Below are positions 1 through 11,195 of a stretch of DNA of 64,000 bases, in pieces. The position numbers and the translations under genes are program-made. Where the stretch lies: contig CM069145.1 in the NCBI GenBank assembly GCA_035221665.1, positions 41,044,001 through 41,108,000 on the forward strand. The letters run 5' to 3'. The notes under the pieces are model-generated. The model did no database searches and had not been told where the DNA came from. It worked only from the letters and a program-made list of their open reading frames with translations. The stretch is from Okamejei kenojei. Its lineage: Eukaryota. Position 1 is the stretch's first letter. Every line of letters begins with the position of its first letter.

Positions 1-1398
1 CCAGTTAGCCTGACATCGGTGGTGGGGAAGATGCTGGAGTCATTAACAAAAGATGAAATAGCAGCACACCTGGATGGCAGTAACAGGATTGGTCCGAGTC
101 AGCATGGATTTATGAAGGGGAAATCATGCTTGACTAATCTTCTGCAATTTTTTGACGATGTAACTTGGAAAATGGGCAAGGGAGAGCCAGTGGATTTAGT
201 GTCCCTGAACTTTCAGAAAGCCTTTGATGAGGTCTCACATAGGAGATTGGTGACCAAAATTAGAGCACATGGTATTGAGGGTAGGGTACTGACATGGATA
301 GAAAATTGGCAGACAGGAAACAAAGAGTAGGGATTAACGGGTCCCTTTCAGAATGGCAGGCAGTGACTACTGGGGTACCGCAAGGCTCGGTGCTGGGACC
401 GCAGCTAGTTACAATATACATTGATGATTTAGATGAAGGGATTAAAAGTAACATTAGCAAATTTGCAGATGACACAAAGCTGGGTGGCAGTGTGAACTGT
501 GAGGAGGATGCTATGAGGATGCAGGGTGACTTGGACAGATCACTTGGGTGAGTGGGCAGATGCATGGCAGATGCAGTTTAATGTGGATACACGCAAGGTT
601 ATCCACATTGGTGGCAAAAACAGGAAGGGAGATTGTCTGAATGGTGTCAAGTTGGGAAATGGGGAAGTATAACGAGATCTGGGGGTACTTGTTCACCAGT
701 CACTGAAAGTAGGCATGCAGGTACAGCAGGCAGTGAAGAAAGCTAATGGCATCTTGGCCTTCATAACAAGAGGAGTTGAGTATAGGAGCAAAGAGGTCCT
801 TCTGCAGTTGTACAGGGCCCTGGTGAGACCACACCCGAGTACTAGAGTGCAGTTTTGGTCTCCAAATTTGAGGAAGGACATTCTCGCTATTGAGGGAGTA
901 CAGCGTAGGTTCACGAGGTTAATTCCGAGGATGGCAGGATTGTCATATATTGAGAGAATGGAGCGACTGGGCTTGTATACACTGGAATTTAGAAGGATGA
1001 GAGGGGATTTTATTGAAACATAAGATTATTAAGGGATTGGACACGCGAGAGGCAGGAAACATGTTTCCAATGATGGGGGAGTCCAGAACCCAGGGGCCAC
1101 AAATGGCCTACCCCAAGAATAAGGGGTAGACCATTTAGAACGGAGATGAGGAAATACTTTTTCACCCAGAAAATTGTGAATCTGTGGAATTCGCTGCCTC
1201 AGAAGGCAGTGATGGCCAATTCTTTGGATGCTTTCAAGAGAGAGTTAGATAGAGCTCTTAAAGATAGCGGAGTCAAGGTATATGGGGAGAAGGCAGGAAT
1301 GAGGTACTGATTGTGGATGATCAGCTATGATCACAGTGAATGGCGGTGCTGGCTTGAAGGGCCGAATGGCCTACTCCAGCACCTGTTGTCTATTGTCA
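1..1398 (+). mobile_element. CR1-clade LINE, 3' part (decayed reverse transcriptase plus 3' UTR)
   Basis: Frameshifted ORFs 19..330, 294..551 and 715..1023 carry CR1 RT motifs (QHGFMKGKSCLTNL, GVPQGSVLGP, KFADDTKL). The element ends in a CR1-type 3' tail (GAAGGGCCGAATGGCCTACTCC...CTATTGTC). Confidence 0.92.
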
Positions 1399-1399
1399 A

Positions 1400-2450
1400 G
1401 CAAATGCTTATCCATCATATGTGCTGCCCCAGCTAGTTGCTTGGTCCAAAATAGCTCCCTTTCCTGCACATCTCTGGATAGCATCAATTTTAGAGTCCTG
1501 GCTGCTGCGGCTACTTGCCTCCCCATACCTATCAGAGTAGCTGCATGGCATTCTTTCAATCCATCTCTTATTGCTAGTTGCAATGTATGTACAGCACGAC
1601 ACATATGTTGGATTAGACAGAGCTGAGATGCCTCCTCAACAATATCATCTAAAGTTTCATCATTCTGTTCTATTTCTGCTGTTTCAGTTTCAGAATCTCC
1701 ATCAGAGATCTCCCTTTCAGTAGTGACTTTTTCTTCTTCAACTTTATTCATCTTTTCTGTTGTGCTTAGCATATTTGAAGCAGTATCAGTGACGATGCAT
1801 AGAATCTGGTCTTTCTTAATTTCAAAATCTTTCACCATTTCTTCCACTAGGTTTTTGAGATAAATGCTCTCATGATGTGCCTTGGTGTCCTTTACTCATA
1901 ATGTCCGAGTTACTATTTTATTGTTTTCATCAACAAATCTAGCATTGATGGCAAAATAGTTAAATCGGTGACAAGTGGTGGCATCCATTTTAATGAACAT
2001 GAACCACCCTTAAGAGTTTTTCCAAGCTTTTCCTTTTCATTCTTGGCTTCTTCTGATACACTCCCTTGCCAGAGAAACTCCTAGTTTCTTAGCCATTTCT
2101 TCATTTAGGCCTAGAGAGGCTAGTTGTGAAAATAAAGTTAAGGCTACACCATTTCTTACAACGTGCGGTAAGGTGCTATTTAAACATTTCTGTGGTCATT
2201 GTTACAGCTTGTCTGGGTTGTCCCTCAGGAGATTTATTTTTTGCTGACTTTAATGTAGTTGCAAGATTTTCTATTGGCTCGTATCTTTCTCATTTACAAC
2301 TTCTAAAATTTTAGGGTGGAAACTCTGCAAATGCCTTTTCAAATTTGAAGCTCTTGTTGGAGCATTTTTATCAGAGCCAGATTTATGTTAAAGTCGGAGT
2401 CGGGACGTGTTTACCAACTCCGACTCCAGCAGGACCAAAATTGTTCTGCC
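1400..2450 (-). mobile_element. hAT-superfamily DNA transposase remnant
   Basis: ORF 1371..1847 has IVTDTASNM (TDxAxNM) and CRAVHTLQLAI (CxxHxLxL), both typical hAT transposase motifs. It is interrupted by stops and frameshifts; boundaries are approximate. Confidence 0.75.
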
Positions 2451-3118
2451 TATAAGCCCTGTATGGAGGGAATGATGTTTTGATCAGGACCCTTCTTCAG
2501 ACTGACGGTGGTTGGGGCAGGGGGCGAAAGCTGGATAAGAGAGATCGGGGTGAGGCAAAGCCTAACAAGTGATAGGTGGATACAGGGGTGATTGGCAAAT
2601 GAGTGAAAATAGTGCAAAGAGGAGATAACTGGGTGTGAGATTAAGAATGAAGAGGTATAAGCATGGTTCAAGAGCAGGAGAGCAGTAGATATCATAGAGT
2701 GGGAGCAGTGAGGGACCTTCTAAAACACAGACAAAGAACAGGAGAGCTATAAACATGGTGGAAGTTTATTTTTTGCTTAGAAATTATGTACTGGTACCAC
2801 TCTAACTTTCTCATTTCAGACAACATATCCCAATCTCTATGTGTGTTTCCAATGTAGAATTACTTCTATTTAATGGCAAACTGTATAGGCAACACATCAT
2901 GGCCAGATCTGCTTTTTAATCTTTGTGTACCTCGTGACAATTAATTAAGAGCAACATTGGTACTGGCCTGATAGCAAGAAAAGAACAATGAACAGGCTGA
3001 AAAATTACAATCTCTACCAAAAAATACATAACCTGACAATAAACAAGTTAGTTCTAAACCAAGTGTACCAACTAGTCGTTAAAATTAAATCATAATGTTA
3101 GTATTCCAAACTGCTTAC

Positions 3119-3186
3119 CTTCATTTTTTTTCTCTGCTCAAGCAACAAAAGAGACAGTTTATCATCAAATGACCAATCAGAAACAC
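3119..3186 (-). CDS. LCOR: LCOR upstream exon ([23 protein letters not shown]; internally frameshifted relative to orthologues)
   Basis: ctctcag|GT...AAG|gtaagc, 68 nt. It matches the recalled LCOR motif [31 protein letters not shown] is present in a shifted frame. Confidence 0.7.
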
Positions 3187-3989
3187 CTGAGAGTACATAA
3201 TGTGGAATTCAAGAATAATTTGAACCTAGCACGATTGAATTTTATTGTTTTTGTTGTCTCGTCCCACGTGCAATGCCACTCCTCAAACAACCAATTCATT
3301 TTTCATTGGGAAAAGTGAATGATCTGTCAATAGCAACCTCTATTATGACAACCATTCAACATTTTTGTTGACAAGAAGTACACTTGGCCATACTTTTAAA
3401 ATTCCTCCCTGCCAGAGAAAAACACGTCATTGCCTAGAATGTTGCAAGTGAAATTTCCTCGTATAACTGAACACGGCTTTTAACAGAAATATGTTTGATA
3501 CAGCGTTTTTCCCTAAACACACTGTATTTTTCCCCCATTCTTCCTTTGTTTCCCATATAGATATTACCAAGCCAACATTTTTGTAGCCTTGCAATGTGAT
3601 GTACAATACAATCCAGGCCCTCTGTCAATGCTTTATCATTCAGAAGCCATTAAGCAATTGTAGTCTGATAATAAATTATACTTATTAACTTATAACTTAT
3701 TTGCAAAAACACAATGAGATACCAAATTAATATGAGGGATTGCAGAACATTACATCAAGATTTCTATTGCACCTGAACCTCACCATACTTGTGCATATGA
3801 CAATAAACTTGACTTGAAGGCACTCACCAGAATGTGCAGTAAATTAAATATTCCAACCACATATGCTATTTTAAATTTGTTTCAAAAATTAAAGGCAAGA
3901 AGATATAAAGAATCAATGTATTGGAATCCTTATTATTAACTACTTGCAGTACTATTAAACCAGAGAGGAGCTAGTATGAAGGCTCTGAC

Positions 3990-4400
3990 CTACCTTCCAT
4001 CGAGGGGATTTATTGCAGTCGCTGCCTCAAAAAGGTTGGCAGCATCATCAAGGACCCACACCACCCTGGCCACACACTCATCTCCCTGCTACCTTCAGGT
4101 AGAAGGTACAGGAGCCTGAAGACTGTAACGACCAGGTTCAGGAATAGCTACTTCCCCACAGCCATCAGGCTATTAAACCTGGCTCGGATAAAACTCTGAT
4201 CATTAATAACCCATCATCTGTTATTTGCACTTTATCAGTTTATTTATTCACGTGTGTATGTATTTATATAATGGTATATGGACACACTGATCTGTGTTGA
4301 AGTAAATGCCTACTATGTTCTGTGTGCTGAAGCAAAGCAAGAATTTCATTGTCCTATCAGGGACACATGACAATACACTCACTTGAACACTTGAACTTGA
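3990..4400 (+). mobile_element. Rex1/Babar-like LINE 3' fragment
   Basis: IIKDPHHPGHTLISLLPSGRRYRSL-like coding remnant followed by a 3' UTR and a (CTTGAA)n tail. Confidence 0.7.
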
Positions 4401-6016
4401 ACTAGTAATTGGATTTAACTAGGCATATCAGGCTTATTGTCAGGAGAATAACATTATTCAAAATGTTAGTCAAGACTAAGTGTAAATTGCAGTGGGTTAG
4501 ACAGTGATACTTCACCTACAACATGCCAAATCCAGTCCAATTTATGGTGATTACAGAATCCTTCATCAGTTATTTGAACAATTGAGTTCTGCTAATGTAT
4601 GCCACACTAACATTCTTTCTTTAATTCAGCACCATCTGATATCATGGTGCAGGAAAACAGTGAGCAGCAGTGAGTTTACCACTTAGTTTAGGCTGCTGCA
4701 CAAATTAATGAGAGCTTTATTTTGCATCATATAAAGTTAACATGAAACATGGCAATCAGAATGAATCGTGTTACCTCTCCAGCAGTAACATCCTTCATTG
4801 TTTTAGCAATAAAAAGGATCCATGTACTGCAAATTATTAACTATATATATTAATGTAAAGCCCAGTTAATAATAGTCACTCACACGAGATGTATTAACTA
4901 AAATTATAATGGATGCACAACACTATATTCAAATATGGCTTAAGTCAGCAGAATTGTTTTTAAGCGTTAAAAGGAAAGCCAATACCAGGCAAGTCCAATA
5001 GCACTTCTGCCACATTGTTAGGAAATGTTTTTAAAGAACCACTGACATTCCCTTGGTGCCTATCTTTATTTATTCGGTGGTGCAGTCGAATTTTATAACA
5101 ACAAATAAAAATAGATCCTTTTCCAATATGGCCACGGAGATCCACAATACTTGGGTCTAAGACGACAAATTATTTTCTCTTTTAAAAAATGACATCAACA
5201 ACCAAGTTGTGGTTTGTCTCCAAAGGCTAATCATTTCAGTTTAACACAAATTTCGCAAAGTGCACAACACACAAACACATCAAAGCCAAAATGGATAAAC
5301 GTGCATCATGTCATTTGTGCTAACAAAAACCAGAGGCTTGTCAACAGCTTATGTTATCAACAGTTATTGTTGTACTTAAAATCTAGCTGGGAGATTTAAT
5401 ATTTTTCTTCGAGTTCCATTCCTTGCATTGTCTTTCTCACCTTGTTAAATTCACAAAAATAATCAGTAACCTCAAGGTGAGAAATACTAATTACTATTCT
5501 CAGAACAAGTCAACAAAACAAAAAAATAAGCACAAAAGTAGAAATAAATTTTACAATTTATGAAATTGTTAAAGGAAAATCCATTTATAGAAAATTCACC
5601 AATTATCTATCTTCCTGGAGGCATTGTGCAAGATGAAATTAACAATAAAATCTACTTTATTTTTCTTTCTTCGTTAATAAAATAGCATATTTACTTTGTC
5701 TTTTTGTATTGTATTTCCCTTCATGCCTATGCTTAGTGCTAAACACAACCATCTAAATATTGAGGATTCTCATTATCCATTAATTTTCAATTGGAGCAGA
5801 TAACAAACACACACACTGTGGATGATAATTAGTTTGCAGAACATTTAGCTTGTGTGAGAAGACAATTCTGGCTCTCCCACCTCCAAAATACAAATCTGTG
5901 GAACATCACAAGAACATTTCTCTAAATTTCCAGCATTGGTAAAAAACAGTTAAAGAAATCCTGTGATTGCCATTTGATTGTTTTGGATGTTTTGTTGTGA
6001 GAAATAAAAGGTTTAC

Positions 6017-6082
6017 CTTCAAATAGGCTGATATCTTTTACATGTCTAGGTCGAAACAGCCCTTCCAAAATGTTTTCAAACC
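6017..6082 (-). CDS. LCOR: LCOR upstream exon (GFENILEGLFRPRHVKDISLFE)
   Basis: ccataag|GG...GAAG|gtaaac, 66 nt, phase 1-1. It matches the LCOR/LCORL GFESILEGL..P.L.KDLSLF block. LCOR is preferred over LCORL from the downstream exon motif and the human chr10q24 neighbours. Confidence 0.8.
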
Positions 6083-6654
6083 CTTATGGAAAAATAATTA
6101 TGACAAAATGAGTACAAACGGAATTGTCCAGGCAACAACCTACAGAAGCTGAAATAGGAGGCGTTAATTTTAGAATTATACATCTAACACCGTGCCATAA
6201 TATACATTAGTCACCGAAATGTGATAAATAGTAGCGGTCAGTATATTTACAAACAAAATAAATGTAGGCAATTTTAAAATGTCACCATTAATATTGAAAA
6301 ACAGAACGCAGCTGGAAAATAACCACAAAATAATCATTGTTGATCTTTTACAGTGCATTAAAAACAAATGTGGTTGGCAGACAGGATCCATAATGATTCT
6401 TTAAATATAACAAAGCTTCACCGTACATTAAGCCATGCTTTACTTAACCTGCCAATGCATGATGTAATAACTCTGGTTCCTGAGGATGCAGGTAAAGAAT
6501 AATTTTCTTCAGTACATTGTCATTAGCTATCAGGCAACTGAAATTTCCCAATCTTAGCAAATCACCCCTGTAATATCAGAATCAACATATTCCTAAGTAT
6601 TTCTCTATATTTATGCTAAGTTAGACATCTGGCTAAGAAGAAAATATCAAAACA

Positions 6655-8495
6655 AAAGATGAAGCATACAAATTAGCCAGGAGAAGCAGCCTACCAGAGG
6701 ACTGGGAGAAATTCAGAGTCCAGCAGAGGAGGACAAAGGGATTAATTAGGAATGGGAGAATAGATTATGAAAGGAAACTGGCAGGGAACATAAAAACTGA
6801 CTAGAAACATTTTTATAGATATGTGAAGAGAAAAAGATTAGTTAAAACAAATGTAGGTCCATTGCAGTCAGAAACAGGTGAATTGGGGAACAAGGACATG
6901 GCAGACCAATTGAATAACTACTTTGGTTCTGTCTTCGCTAAGGAAGACATAAATAATCTGCCGGAAATAGCAGGGGACCGGTGGTCAAATGAGATGGAAC
7001 TGAGTGAAATCCAGGTTAGCCGGGAAGTGGTGTTAGGTAAATTGAATGGATTAAAGGCCGATAAATCCCCAGGGCCAGATAGGCTGCATCCCAGAGTACT
7101 CAAGGAAGTAGCCACAAAAATAGTGGATGTATCAGTGATAATTTTTTTAAACTCTTTAGATTCTGGAGTAGTTCCTGAGGATTGGAGGGTAGCTAATATA
7201 ACCCCACTTTTTAAAAAGGGAGGGAGAGAGAAAACGGGGAATTACAGACCAGTTAGTCTAACATCGGTAGTGGGGAAACTGTTAGTCAGTTATTAAAGAT
7301 GGAATAGCAGCACATTTGGAAAGTGGTGAAATCATTGGCCAAAGTCAGCATGGATTTATGAAAGGTAAATCATATCTGACGAATCTTATAGAATTTTTCG
7401 AGGATGTCACTAGTAGAGTTGATAAGGGAGAACCAGTGGATGTGCTATATCTGGACTTTCAGAAGGCTTTCGACAAGGTCCCACATAAGAGATTAGTATG
7501 CAAACTTAAAGCACACGGTATTGGGGGTGCAGTATTGATGTGGATAGAGAACTGGCTGGCAGACAGGAAGCAAAGAGTAGGAGTAAACTGGTCCTTTTCA
7601 GAATGGCAGACAGTGACTAGTGGGGTACCGCAAGGCTCGGTGCTGGGACCCCAGCTATTAACAATGTATATTAATTATTTGGATGAGGGAATTGAATGCA
7701 ACATCTCCAAGTTTGCGGATGACACAAAGTTGGGGGGCAGTGTTAGCTGTGGGGAGGATGCAAGGAGGCTGCAAGGTGACTTGGATAGGTTGGGTGAGTG
7801 GGCAAATGCATGTCAGATGCAGTATAATGTGGATAAATGTGAGGTTATCCACTTTGGTGGCAAAAACAGGAAAGACTATTATTTGAATGGTGGCCGATTA
7901 GGAAAAGGGGAGATGTAACGAGTGTCATGGTACACCAGTCATTGAAAGTAGGCATGCAGGTGCAGCAGGTAGTGAAGAAAGCGAATGGTATGTTAGCATT
8001 CATAGCAAAAGGATTTGAGTATAGGAGCAGGGAGGTTTTACTGCAGTTGTACAGGGTCTTGGTGAGACCACACCTGGAGTATTGCATACAGTTTTGGTCT
8101 CCTAATCTGAGGAAAGACATTATTGTAAAATTCTTAAGGGGTTGGATAGGCTAGATGTAGGAAGATTGTACCCGATGTTGGGGAAGTCCAGAACAAGGGG
8201 TCACAGTTTAAGGATAAGGAGGAAGTCTTTTAGGACCGAGATGAGAAAAACATTTTTCACCAGAGAGTGGTGAATCTCTGGAATTCTCTGCCACAGAAGG
8301 TAGTTGAGGCCAGTTCATTGGCTATATTTAAGGGGGAGTTAGATGTGGCCCTTGTGGCTAAGGGGATCAGGGAGTATGGAGGGAAGTCAGGTACAGGATA
8401 CCGAGTTAGATGATCAGCCATGATCATATTGAATGGTGGTGCAGGCTCGAAGGGCCGAATGGCCTACTCCTGCACCTATTTTCTATGTTTCTATG
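6655..8495 (+). mobile_element. CR1 LINE, 5'-truncated, decayed ORF2
   Basis: ORFs 6823..7296 (KSPGPD, NYRPVSLTS) and 7316..7918 (RT core), followed by a CTATGTTTCTATG tail. Confidence 0.93.
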
Positions 8496-8537
8496 AAAGA
8501 TTTGTCTGCTTGTGCGCATGATACTGGCTTTAATCAG

Positions 8538-9280
8538 GCTATTAGGAAAAGGGGAGATGCAACAAGACCTGGGTGTCATGGTACACCAGTCATTGAAAGT
8601 AGGCATGCAGGTGCAGCAGGCAGTGAAGAAAGCGAATGGTATGTTAGCATTCATAGCAAAAGGATTTGAGTATAGGAGCAGGGAGGTTCTACTGCAGTTG
8701 TACAGGGCCTTGGTGAGACCACACCTGGAGTATTGCATACAGTTTTGGTCTCCTAATCTGAGGAAAGACATTCTTGCCATAGAGGGAGTGCAGAGAAGGT
8801 TCACCAGACTGATTCCTGGGATGGCGGACTTTCAAATGTAGAAAGACTGGATAGACTCGGCTTGTACTCGCTAGAATTTAGAAGATTGAGGGGGGATCTT
8901 ATAGAAATGTACAAAATTCTTAAGGGGCTGGACAGGCCAGATGCACGTAGATTGTTCCCGATGTTGGGGAAGTCCAAAACAAGGAGTAACAGTTTAAGGA
9001 TAAGGGGGAAGACCTTTTACGACCGAGATGAGAACATTTTTTTTCACACAGAGTGGTGAAACTATGGATTTCTCTGCCACAGAAAGTAGTTGAGGCCAGT
9101 TCATTGGCTATATTTAAGAGGGGGATAGATGTTGCCCTTGTGACTAAAGGGATCAGGGGGTATGGAGAGAAGGCAGGTACAGGATACTGAGTTGGATGAT
9201 TGGCCATGATCGTATTGAATGGCGGTGTAGTCTCGAAGGGCCAAATGGCCTACTCCTGCACCTATTTTCTGTTTCTATTG
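8538..9280 (+). mobile_element. second CR1 3' fragment in tandem with the previous copy
   Basis: Near-identical to 7898-8495, but retains sequence deleted from the first copy; same 3' tail. Confidence 0.9.
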
Positions 9281-9396
9281 CTAAATGATATTCCTGAATG
9301 ATAAAGACCAAAGTTAAGATTGGACCATGGACAATCTAAGGCTACTCAGTCATTCATAAGATCATGTCCAATGATGGATCTCATCCAACCACTCTA

Positions 9397-10928
9397 TAGT
9401 TCCCTCCATAATGTTTGGGACAAAGACCCATCATTTATTTATTTGCCCCTGTACTCCATAATTTGAGATTTGTAATAGAAAAAAAGGACATGTGGTTAAC
9501 GTGCACATTGTTAGATTTTAATAAAGGCCATTTTTATGCATTTTGGTTTCACCATGTAGAAATTAGAGCTGTGTTTATACATAGTCCCTCCATTTCAAAG
9601 CACCATAATATTTGGAACACTTGGCTTCACAGGTGTTTGTCATTGCTCAGGTGTGTTTAATTGCCTCCTTCATGTAGTTACAAGAGAGCTCACAGCACCT
9701 AGTCTTTCCTCCAGTCTTTCCATCACCTTTGGAAACTTTTACTGCTGTTTATCAACATGAGGACCAAAGTTATGCCAATGAAAGTCAAAGAAGCCATATT
9801 AAAGGAACCATGCTCAATTAAGAAGAAAGAGATGGTGATTACTAATAGGGACTGGCAGGTCAAAGAAATTCCACAGCTGATAATTTTATCTCTATAACAA
9901 AGAAAAATCCCCAAAGACCTGTCCGACAGGAGAGAAACACTCTTCAAGAGTCAGGTGTGGATTTGTCAATGACCACTGTCTGCAAAAGACTTCATGAACG
10001 CCAGAGGCCAATGAGTTTTGAGGCATTTGTTTAAACTTTGGCAAGATAGGAGTACTTAAATACCACAGTTCTTGAAATGTCTTGTGGACAGGTGACACAA
10101 AGATTAACTTACATCAGAGTGATGGCAAGAACAGAGTATGGAGGAGAGAAGGAACTGCCCATGATACAAAGCATGCCACCTCATCTGTGAAACACGGTTG
10201 TGGGGGGGTTTATGGCCTGGGCATGTATGGCTGCTGAAGGTACTGGTTCACTTATCTTCATTGATGATACAACTGCTGATGGTAGTAGCATAATGAATTC
10301 TGAAGGGTATAGACACATCCCATCTGCCAAAGTTCAAACAAATGCCTCAAAACTCATTGGTCGCGGTTGATTCCACAGCAAGACAATGATCCCAAATAGA
10401 CTGCTAAAGCAAATGAGGTTTTCAAAGCTAAAAAATGGCCAATTCTTGAGTGGCTAAGTATATCACCCGATCGGAACCCAATTGAGCATGCCTTTAATAT
10501 GCTGAAGAGAAAACTGAAGGGAACTAGCTTCCAAAACAAGCATAAGCTGAAGATGGTGCAATACAGACCTGGCAGATCACCACCAGAGAAGACATTCTCT
10601 CTATATCCATTGCATGCAATTTGTGATGTCCATGAATCGCAGACTTGCATAAAAAAGGATATGCAACAAAATACTACTGACTACTTTCATTTACATGAAA
10701 TTGCTGTGTCCCAAACGTTATGGTGCCCTGAAATGGGGGGACTATGTATAAACACTTCTGTAATTTCTACATGGTGAAACCAAAATGTATAAAAATGGCC
10801 TTTATTAAAAACTAACAATGTGCTCGTTAACTACATGTGATTATTTCTATTACAAATCTCAAATTATGGAGTACAGAGGCAAATAAATAATTGATGGGTC
10901 TTTGTCCCAAACATTATGGAGGGCACTA
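9397..10928 (+). mobile_element. Tc1/mariner DNA transposon with ~225-bp TIRs and decayed DDE transposase
   Basis: TIRs 9397-~9620 and ~10705-10928 are reverse complements, flanked by TA. Internal remnants read MAWACMAAEGTGSLIFIDD, QQDNDPK and SPDRNPIEH. Confidence 0.92.
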
Positions 10929-11089
10929 TATAGTGGTTGGATGAGATCCATCATTAGACATGATCTTATTGGGTCAATCTTTATCCTAAGACTGCTTGTC
11001 TGTTTTTGACACTCCACCCAGAAGAAAAAGGTGTTAAGCAACCACTCCAACAAACCTCCTCAGAATCTTGTATGGTTAAATGAGTTTAC

Positions 11090-11195
11090 CTTTCAACAAT
11101 AACATATTTTTGTACCGGAAACGCATTGTAAAGAAGGCCAATTTATTTCCAGATGCTTGCTGTACCTGCGGGTTTGCTTTGTGCATCTCTTGAAC
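11090..11195 (-). CDS. candidate LCOR cassette exon (VQEMHKANPQ...MLLLK)
   Basis: tgcag|GTT...AAAG|gtaaac, 106 nt, open in phase 0 to 1. The polypyrimidine tract is weak and I recognise no homology. Confidence 0.3.

Noticed and set aside
4520-4830. Possible additional LCOR exons (donor-like sites near 4520 and 4775)
   Set aside because: No recognisable homology and stops in the frames checked; the 6017 and 3186 exons already join in frame.
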